Virus record (IMG/VR): IMGVR_UViG_3300032129_000203
Coordinates: 1 to 30,186 of that record
Length of the DNA stretch: 30,186 bases
Direction: 5' to 3' (one strand)
From: a virus
Taxonomy: Duplodnaviria > Caudoviricetes
Shown here: positions 1-6,568 of the stretch, piece by piece
Position numbering within the stretch: the first letter of the stretch is position 1
Layout: every line of letters starts with the position of its first letter
Translations under genes and position numbers: made by a program
The notes under the pieces: generated by a model
Databases searched by the model: none
What the model was told of the DNA's origin: nothing
What the model saw: the letters and a program-made list of their open reading frames with translations, nothing else

Positions 1-21
1 GTGAACCGCCTGGCACGGGTT

Positions 22-27
22 TACATT
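22..27 (+). promoter_or_regulatory. Putative -10 hexamer (TACATT) of a leaderless integrase transcript
   Basis: TANNNT hexamer 6 nt upstream of ATG at 34, with no SD; typical actinobacterial leaderless geometry. Confidence 0.5.
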
Positions 28-33
28 CTGCCT

Positions 34-876
34 ATGGCTCGCCCCGTTCCTGGGGCGTGGGGGGCAACGTTGGCCAACTGGACCACGCACCTTCGCGCTG
101 CCGGTCACCCCTCGACGACGATCCGCACGCGCCTGGATCATTTGTCACGCCTCGCGCGCGTGTCCGGTGTCGACGACCCGTGGGAGATCACCACCAACGA
201 CCTGATCTCCTGGACTGGGCAACAGGAGTGGGCCGCCGAGACACGACGCAGTGTCCGCAACAGCCTGCTCGCGTTCTACCGGTGGGGCATCCTCGCCGGA
301 CACGTCACCGCGTCACCCGCGGAAGCACTGCCCCGCGTCAAAGCATCCGAGCCCCACCCGCGACCAGTGCCCTACGGCATCTACCTCGAGGCGCTCGCCG
401 CGTCCGACGCGCGCACCATACTGATCCTGCGCACCGCAGCTGAGGCCGGACTACGCCGCACCGAGATCTCCAAGATCCACGAACGCGACATCATCCCCGA
501 CCTCGCCGGCTACTCCCTCAACGTCCACGGCAAGGGCGGCAAGCAACGCATCGTGCCACTGAACGACTCGCTGGCGCGCGAGATCCGCGGGGCCTGCCTG
601 ACGGGGCGGGGCTTCGCTTTCCCCGGCGACCGCGACGGCCACCTGTCCGGCGAGTACGTCGGCAAACTCGCCGCCCGAGCGCTGCCCGGCGACTGGACTC
701 TGCACAAGCTGCGCCACTCCTTCGCGACCGACCTCCTAGGCATCGGCACCGACCTGCTCACCATCCAGCAACTACTCGGCCATGCATCCGTGGCCACCAC
801 CCAGCGATACACACTGCCCCCCGACCATGCCAAACGCGCCGCCGTCGTGGCGCTCAGCGAACGCAGAATCGCGTAG
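34..876 (+). CDS. int: Tyrosine integrase/recombinase, about 280 aa, lacking an N-terminal arm-binding domain
   Basis: Catalytic set GLRRTEI (R), GKGGKQR (K), HKLRH (HxxR), LLGH (H), TTQRY (Y); ATG at 34 preferred to GTG at 1. Confidence 0.93.
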   Translation: MARPVPGAWGATLANWTTHLRAAGHPSTTIRTRLDHLSRLARVSGVDDPWEITTNDLISWTGQQEWAAETRRSVRNSLLAFYRWGILAGHVTASPAEALPRVKASEPHPRPVPYGIYLEALAASDARTILILRTAAEAGLRRTEISKIHERDIIPDLAGYSLNVHGKGGKQRIVPLNDSLAREIRGACLTGRGFAFPGDRDGHLSGEYVGKLAARALPGDWTLHKLRHSFATDLLGIGTDLLTIQQLLGHASVATTQRYTLPPDHAKRAAVVALSERRIA

Positions 877-881
877 AGACC

Positions 882-1073
882 ATGCCCACCATCGAAGAGA
901 CCACCATCGTCCTACACCTCGACGACGTCGTCGGCGCGGCCATCGTTGGCGCGTCGCTTGAGATGGATCGTGCACTGCGCGGGGACAATCCTCCAAGCGC
1001 CGGCCAGCGCGCTTCAGCGGCGTTCGTGCGGGGCGCGGCCTACGCTGGCGCCGTGCTGCACCTCAACGGGTAG
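882..1073 (+). CDS. Hypothetical protein, 63 aa
   Basis: ATG 5 nt after the integrase stop; protein-like composition. Confidence 0.5.
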   Translation: MPTIEETTIVLHLDDVVGAAIVGASLEMDRALRGDNPPSAGQRASAAFVRGAAYAGAVLHLNG

Positions 1074-1087
1074 TGTCCGGGCACGAC

Positions 1088-1130
1088 AAAAGCCCCGCCC
1101 ACTCAACCCGTGAAGGCGATCAGGCGGGGC
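1088..1130 (-). terminator. Intrinsic terminator-like hairpin
   Basis: GCCCCGCC (1092-1099) / GGCGGGGC (1123-1130), followed on the - strand by TTTTGTCGT. Confidence 0.6.
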
Positions 1131-1269
1131 AGAGCTACCGTTCCGACGCACACCTGCGCGCACACCACCCAGAATTGCCGGTAACCGCCGGGGGGATCCG
1201 TGCGATTTCTGGACGTGTGACCGAAGCCGTCAACGTGGAGATTGTCTACGCGCCGCCCGCACCGTAGCA

Positions 1270-1324
1270 ACGACAAAAACGCCCCCACTCACCGACCGAA
1301 GTCAGCGAGCGGGGGCGTTCGTCG
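1270..1324 (-). terminator. Intrinsic terminator ending the late/lysis operon (possibly bidirectional)
   Basis: AACGCCCCC (1278-1286) / GGGGGCGTT (1311-1319) stem, T-tract on the - strand, just downstream of the holin stop. Confidence 0.75.
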
Positions 1325-1344
1325 GGCGTGGAGGTGGCGCGCGT

Positions 1345-1716
1345 CTATGGGGCGGGGGTTGGCTCCGCGACGAGTTCAGCGGGGTCAGTGACACCATCGC
1401 CTTCATCGGACACGGTGCTCTCGCCCTGGCTGGTGGTGAGCAATGGGACTGGTGCGTAGGTGGGCATCTTGGCTGAACCCATGAACACGCGCACCGCCCA
1501 GTCGGGGACTCGAGGTGAGACCCACTGCCACGCTCGGTGCCACAGCGCGGTTGCGCCCGCGACGACGAACGCCACGGTGATGGGGTGGCTCAAGTAGTCC
1601 ACCACTGCGTCGGGCACGGCCACGACGGTGATGATCCACGCCACGAGCGAGGCCCACAGGATCGGTACAACGGTGCGAAGGCGTGCGATCACGCCGTCTG
1701 AGAGTTCCTTCTTCAT
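1345..1716 (-). CDS. Putative holin, 123 aa
   Basis: Two hydrophobic segments; RTVVP and FMGSAKMPTY motifs typical of actinophage holins; directly after the endolysin; SD AGGAG before ATG 1716. Confidence 0.75.
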   Translation of the reverse strand: MKKELSDGVIARLRTVVPILWASLVAWIITVVAVPDAVVDYLSHPITVAFVVAGATALWHRAWQWVSPRVPDWAVRVFMGSAKMPTYAPVPLLTTSQGESTVSDEGDGVTDPAELVAEPTPAP

Positions 1717-1724
1717 GGTTGCTC

Positions 1725-2501
1725 CTAGTTCCACGTCAGGGCGTCAGCCCCGGCGTTGATGATGGTGGCCTTGGCGGCGGCCGTCTCGACCCACACCTCA
1801 GCACGCAGGCGCTCGGTGGGCTTGAGTCCGGTGATGACACCGCCCCGCAGGAACGTCGAACCCGCGGTGCCGATGTACTCAGTGAGCGTGCGCTGGAGTG
1901 TGTTGACGCGCTTCGTCTTGCCGGACTTCACGTCCACGATGTAGAAGCGCATCTGGACCTGCGCGCCGATGGGCATATCGCGAACGTCAACCCACACGTT
2001 AGCGGTCACGGCCTTGTTCCCGATGGCAACAGAGATGTCGCCCTTGTCATTGATCTTCACGGTCGTCCACTTGCCAGCCACCAGGGGCTGGTCTACGGTT
2101 CGACCGAACCAGTTACGTCCGGGCATTTCATCCTCCTTGGGATTGGGCTTGCTAGGGTCTTGGTTCTCTCGGTACTCGAAGTGCCAGTCCTCGTTGGCCA
2201 CTGGAAAGAAGCCGAACTTCTCACCGTGTGCGGCGAACCAGCCCTTCGCGGTGGAGGTGTCGCCGATCTTGCCGGGCACGTCGATCGCGAGTCCGAGGCA
2301 GTGCTTGGACTCATCGGGCGCGAGGGCGAAGTTGAAACCAGGAACGCCAGCGAGATACTGAGCACGCAAGTACGCCTGATACACGGGGTCGCGCCACGCA
2401 CTCGTGATGTGCGGGGGTGCACCAGCGGCAACGGCACGGTTGTACGCCAGGCCCGTGGGAACACTGAGCTGCTTGTTCGGGGCTACGGTGATCAGCAGCA
2501 T
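1725..2501 (-). CDS. Endolysin: M15-family (VanY-like) Zn peptidase plus C-terminal putative cell-wall-binding domain, 258 aa
   Basis: ITSAWR, SKHCLGLAID (SxHxxGxAxD) and EDWHFEY (ExWH) motifs; SD GGAGG before ATG 2501. Confidence 0.88.
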   Translation of the reverse strand: MLLITVAPNKQLSVPTGLAYNRAVAAGAPPHITSAWRDPVYQAYLRAQYLAGVPGFNFALAPDESKHCLGLAIDVPGKIGDTSTAKGWFAAHGEKFGFFPVANEDWHFEYRENQDPSKPNPKEDEMPGRNWFGRTVDQPLVAGKWTTVKINDKGDISVAIGNKAVTANVWVDVRDMPIGAQVQMRFYIVDVKSGKTKRVNTLQRTLTEYIGTAGSTFLRGGVITGLKPTERLRAEVWVETAAAKATIINAGADALTWN

Positions 2502-2562
2502 GATTCCTCCAGGGCGTGCGTGTAGACCCGGCCACGTGTGCGGGCGGGGTGGTGTGGTGGGG

Positions 2563-2874
2563 TTAGACGCCGGTGGGTCGTGGCGGTGGGGGCGGTGGTA
2601 TCTGCTGCCAGATGTGGTGCTCCAAAACGTCGATGTGGTCGCCCTGCTCGCGTTTGATCCGAGCATCGGCCTCACGTGCGGCCCATAGCACATCGCACCG
2701 ACGTGACCACTCGGCGTCCCGGTCCTCAAGCGCCTTGATGCGCGCCCGGTCTGACTCGCGCTCCGCCAGTTGCGTGTTGCGGGTCGATGATTTCGCCACC
2801 GCCCACGATCCGGTGAGCGCTGTCACGAGTGTCACAATGGCGGTGACGACGACGGCGGCGAGATTGATATCCAT
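2563..2874 (-). CDS. Lysis-cassette membrane protein (N-terminal TM, coiled coil, poly-Pro tail), 103 aa
   Basis: MDINLAAVVVTAIVTLVTAL start; SD GAGGAGG; position just before the endolysin. Confidence 0.75.
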   Translation of the reverse strand: MDINLAAVVVTAIVTLVTALTGSWAVAKSSTRNTQLAERESDRARIKALEDRDAEWSRRCDVLWAAREADARIKREQGDHIDVLEHHIWQQIPPPPPPRPTGV

Positions 2875-2948
2875 CGTGCAGGGCCTCCTCGGCATCGGGG
2901 ACTGGGGGGTAGGGCAAGAATGTAGGGCGGCAGGGGACGTTAAATTGC

Positions 2949-3001
2949 TCACACCGTGTAGGAGATGGCCCCAACGTTCACGCCGGGGCTGGTGGTCGTG
3001 G
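2949..3001 (-). pseudogene. Relic 3' end of an alternative tail-fibre C-terminus (TTTSPGVNVGAISYTV*)
   Basis: Follows the tail-fibre stop directly, has GC3-rich codons, and resembles the real ending TTISGTVTYPVG*. Confidence 0.5.
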
Positions 3002-3601
3002 TTAACCCACGGGGTATGTGACGGTGCCAGAAATGGTCGTCGCCGCTGGCAGTGCGGGGATTCCGTAGATGTTGACGGAGCCGGACTGGAACACGCGCGC
3101 CCGGTATGTTTGGCTTCCCTGTGCGCACAGAAACCAAATGTCATCGGGGCAGGCGTGGCCCACCTGGACGGTTGCGGTCATCGCCTCAACGAGCGTGCCG
3201 CCCGCGTAGCCGGCGCCCCCCGTTTTCACGCTAATGTATATCGTTGCCAAGATGCGATTGACCACTCGAACCTGGTTGTTTGATGTCCATCCAGCCGTAC
3301 CGATTGATCGCGCAACCCAGCCCGTGTCACTTCCGGCGACGTAAGTGTTCCATGTCGACCCGTCTACCGTGGACTGGAGTTGCTTGCCGTCAGCCTGCGC
3401 TTTGTTGTGGACGTAAAGCGGGTTATCGGCATTGATGGTGTACCCAGCAGCGACGAGGCCGTCGACAAGCGCCTGACGGGCCGTGTCATCGTCGACGTGC
3501 ACGATGTCGTTGACAGACATCATCATGTCGAGGAATGTTTGTCGACTTGGGGCCTGGCCGGTGGGCGGTGGGACGACGTGGCCGCGCAGGTTGTTTGCCA
3601 T
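3002..3601 (-). CDS. Minor tail / tail-fibre (receptor-binding candidate), 199 aa
   Basis: Last tail gene; SDTGW motif precedes a beta-rich C-terminal domain; SD GAGGAG before ATG 3601. Confidence 0.75.
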   Translation of the reverse strand: MANNLRGHVVPPPTGQAPSRQTFLDMMMSVNDIVHVDDDTARQALVDGLVAAGYTINADNPLYVHNKAQADGKQLQSTVDGSTWNTYVAGSDTGWVARSIGTAGWTSNNQVRVVNRILATIYISVKTGGAGYAGGTLVEAMTATVQVGHACPDDIWFLCAQGSQTYRARVFQSGSVNIYGIPALPAATTISGTVTYPVG

Positions 3602-3620
3602 GATTGCTCCTCGAGGTGGT

Positions 3621-4694
3621 TTAGGCGGGACGGGTGTAGGTGATCTTGAGAGCCATGCCGTCAGCGGCTGAGGTGCCACGCACGGCGTTGTAGCCAGAGC
3701 CGGTGAGCACCAGGCCCTTGACGGAGCCGGACAGGAACGCTGAGCGAACCGATGCCGGGAGCGACACCCAGACAGCACCAGACTTACCCGGAGAGCCAGT
3801 CGCGGTGTCACCAGAGCTCGACGGAGAACCACCTGGACGTGAGCCGTGCGGTGAGCCTTGGACCGTGATCGACGGGTACGACGCTAGCGACAGTGCCGCA
3901 CCACGCAGACGCACCTGGATCGATCCGATCGACGTCGCGCCCAAGTTCCTCACCTGGTTGCCGTAGCACGCGAGACCCTTAAACGGACCCTCCGACGACC
4001 ACGGGGTACTCGTGCCCTGATACAGGGTGGAGCGACCGCCATAGCGACCGGTGTTCCAGCGGTCCCACGCGCCACGGTCGACGCGATACGTACCGCTGTA
4101 CGACGGCAGAATCGTGGTGCTGACCGTCTCGAACTCTGGTGGTGGCGGAGGCGGTGGTGGCGGTGTTGGCTCATCGTCCTCAGGGTCCGGCTCGGGCGCA
4201 GGCGGCGGCGGCTCGGGGGCTGGCGGTGCCTGCGGGACCGTGCACGGCCCCAGGATTAAGGTCGGCTGGCCACCGAACTGGGGCTCACGCAACACGAACA
4301 CCTCGTCATCAACGGCGAACGTGGTCAACGGGATGTACGGCAGCACAAAGCTGCTGCCTACTACCGTGACGGTGGCTCGGTTGTTACTTGCGTCGACCGC
4401 GGTAATCTTGCCGACCACCCGCATCGGTGCCGACCGAGTCGGCCCCAAACACATCACCGAACGGCCGCCATCGAACGGGTTGCGCATCACGTACACCGTC
4501 TTCCCAATGGTGTACACGCCGTCGATAAACGGCATGCGCGTACCAGATGAGCCGTTGACGGCCACCACGACACGGTTGCTGTCGGTATCGATCGACACCA
4601 GCACACCGACTGCGAGAAAGGCCGGATCGTCGCCAGGCATCAGTCCGCGCGGCTCCAGAACGCCTGCACGGGCAAACTCAATAGGGTCGGTCAC
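3621..4694 (-). CDS. Minor tail protein (two tandem beta-rich repeats, Pro-rich linker, C-terminal domain), 357 aa
   Basis: Position in tail module; GTGA overlap with the upstream gene; PPPPPPPP linker. Confidence 0.8.
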   Translation of the reverse strand: MTDPIEFARAGVLEPRGLMPGDDPAFLAVGVLVSIDTDSNRVVVAVNGSSGTRMPFIDGVYTIGKTVYVMRNPFDGGRSVMCLGPTRSAPMRVVGKITAVDASNNRATVTVVGSSFVLPYIPLTTFAVDDEVFVLREPQFGGQPTLILGPCTVPQAPPAPEPPPPAPEPDPEDDEPTPPPPPPPPPEFETVSTTILPSYSGTYRVDRGAWDRWNTGRYGGRSTLYQGTSTPWSSEGPFKGLACYGNQVRNLGATSIGSIQVRLRGAALSLASYPSITVQGSPHGSRPGGSPSSSGDTATGSPGKSGAVWVSLPASVRSAFLSGSVKGLVLTGSGYNAVRGTSAADGMALKITYTRPA

Positions 4695-5779
4695 AGGATC
4701 CCCACATCCAGGAACGACGAACCATCGTTTGTAGTCAGCGGGTGCTGCGTCGCAATCACGTAGCCCACCTCCCGCCCACCATCGAAAAACACCTCGACCG
4801 GATCGCCAATCTGCGCGCGAGGATCGGGGGCCATCTCGACCCGCACCACCCGCGCCGGACGCAACGACTGATCGAGGATCTTCTCCCCCGCCGCGAGCGC
4901 CTGGGTGGTGTTCACCACGAAGGGGGATGACCAGATGCGTGACTTCACGCGGTAGCCCTCGGGGTCAACTGTAAACGGGCCCGTGGTTTTGTCGACGATT
5001 GCGAGGACTGGGTTCTGGCCGATGCCGTCGGTGTCTGTGGCGCGCACGATGACCCGGTTGAAGATGCCGTCGCGGGACCCTTGGGAGGGGACGGTGACGA
5101 CGGTGCCTCGCTCGCCGTCGCGGTAGGTCAGGATGGGTACGGGGACGGGTTCGAGCGGTGGTTCAACTTGGAGTTGGCCATAGCCGTCAGCGAAGATGCG
5201 CGCCGGGATCCCGTCGACGAGGTCACGGACTGCTTTGAGGCGGTCGTCGGTGAACTCCAACGTTTGCGGGACCGTGCGGTCGACGATCGCATCGGACACC
5301 TCGACGCCCATGCCGGCGGGCAGGAGGCGGCGGATCTCGGAGATGAAGGTGCCGGTGGGGCGCGGCGCCAAGGGCGAGGGGATTTGGTCGTCTGCTATCA
5401 CCTTGAACGTGCCGAGGGTTGACAGTTTGATCTCCCCCGGCGTGTCCTCCGACCAGTCCTGAATTTGAAAACGACCCATGCGCGTGAGGTACTCGTCGCC
5501 GGTCACTACTGACGTGACGACGATGCTCACCACCAGCTCTTGGCCGTGTGCCGCGAGAGGGTGCTCCGGATTGGTGCCGGGCTTCCAGTCGAAGCCGCGA
5601 TCCCATCGAGGGACCGTGAGCTCAACCTGGTCGGGCACCGACTGTGACTCATCGTCTGAGTACTTGCCCGCCGTCAGGGGAACATCGTCGGCAAGGAGTT
5701 CACTGCCGCGCCACGACGACACCTTCGCACTCCACTGCAGCACGCCCTCGTACAGTGCGCTGGGCGCACCGTCACGCAC
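4691..5779 (-). CDS. Minor tail protein (baseplate hub/Tal-like), 362 aa
   Basis: Second gene after tape measure; SRDGIFNRVIV and PDPRAQIGD motifs typical of actinophage hub proteins. Confidence 0.8.
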   Translation of the reverse strand: MRDGAPSALYEGVLQWSAKVSSWRGSELLADDVPLTAGKYSDDESQSVPDQVELTVPRWDRGFDWKPGTNPEHPLAAHGQELVVSIVVTSVVTGDEYLTRMGRFQIQDWSEDTPGEIKLSTLGTFKVIADDQIPSPLAPRPTGTFISEIRRLLPAGMGVEVSDAIVDRTVPQTLEFTDDRLKAVRDLVDGIPARIFADGYGQLQVEPPLEPVPVPILTYRDGERGTVVTVPSQGSRDGIFNRVIVRATDTDGIGQNPVLAIVDKTTGPFTVDPEGYRVKSRIWSSPFVVNTTQALAAGEKILDQSLRPARVVRVEMAPDPRAQIGDPVEVFFDGGREVGYVIATQHPLTTNDGSSFLDVGIL

Positions 5780-5782
5780 GGT

Positions 5783-6568
5783 CTACGCTCCCCAGTCTTG
5801 TCTGTCGAAGACGTCCCACTCGGAGCCCGACCAGGCTGCGTCAAAGTCCTCCCAGTCGAAGAGCGCGTACACGTCGTCGAAGTCCTCCCAGTCGAAGAGC
5901 GCGAGCGCGGTGCCTGGCTCTGGGTCGCCGATGACCTGGACGCCCATGGTGAACACGCGCAGGGTGCCGACGGCGCCGATGAGGCGGCTCTTGTGGGAGT
6001 AGGAGATGAGTAGTTCGACGGGCGGGATGTCGCGCAGGCCGACCGTGTTGCGGCGCACCATCGGTCGCCCGGTTGCCGCGAGCGCCTTCATCGAGTCCGA
6101 GTGCACGCCGGAGGCTTCTACCTCAAGTTGCATCCGAGGGGTCAGCGGCACGTCGATACGGACCACGGGATCTGAGCGCCCCGAGATGGTGAACGAGGTC
6201 GTGCGGAGTTCGGGCTCGCGGGGATCTGTGGGATCCGTGACCTCGACCACCGCCAAAATCTGACCGTCGAGTGATTGCAAGACAGTCGTGGCGGCGAACA
6301 CGATCGTGATCGGGGCCGCTTCGTAGACGACACCATCGACGGTGACGGTGTACACGAGCTCACCGTTGAAGGGGGCGCGGTTGTCAGCGAGTACCAACTG
6401 GTTGCCGTCAGACACGTTGATGCCGCCGGGCACCGGCCACCGGTGATTGCCGTAAGAGCCCTGCACGGTGTAGTCGTCGCCGTTGGCCATGCCGGTGACG
6501 ACTATCTGCACGGGTGCGGGCGTGCTTGTTGCGGCGCTGATGAGCGACGTGGTGATTGCGATGGCCAT
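5783..6568 (-). CDS. Distal tail (Dit-like) protein, 261 aa
   Basis: First gene after tape measure (TGATG overlap); acidic W/D-rich C-terminal repeats. Confidence 0.7.
   Translation of the reverse strand: MAIAITTSLISAATSTPAPVQIVVTGMANGDDYTVQGSYGNHRWPVPGGINVSDGNQLVLADNRAPFNGELVYTVTVDGVVYEAAPITIVFAATTVLQSLDGQILAVVEVTDPTDPREPELRTTSFTISGRSDPVVRIDVPLTPRMQLEVEASGVHSDSMKALAATGRPMVRRNTVGLRDIPPVELLISYSHKSRLIGAVGTLRVFTMGVQVIGDPEPGTALALFDWEDFDDVYALFDWEDFDAAWSGSEWDVFDRQDWGA
5844..5903. repeat. Exact 24-bp direct repeat, 36-bp period (encodes ALFDWEDFD twice)
   Basis: AAGTCCTCCCAGTCGAAGAGCGCG at 5844-5867 and 5880-5903. Confidence 0.9.

Noticed and set aside
1073-1267. 64-aa + ORF as an intact gene
   Set aside because: Its 5' part runs through a terminator hairpin and has no SD; at most the 3' part is a relic
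2502-2729. Long N-terminal extensions in the ORF track (here, and 3602-3832, 19160-19363, 24614-24823, 25945-26202, 29577-29720)
   Set aside because: They overlap real upstream genes or leaders; downstream ATGs have SD sequences or ATGA coupling
2949-3601. Diversity-generating retroelement or invertase shufflon acting on the tail fibre
   Set aside because: No reverse transcriptase, template repeat, inverted crossover sites or inverted spare cassettes seen; the nearby recombinase is better explained as the integrase
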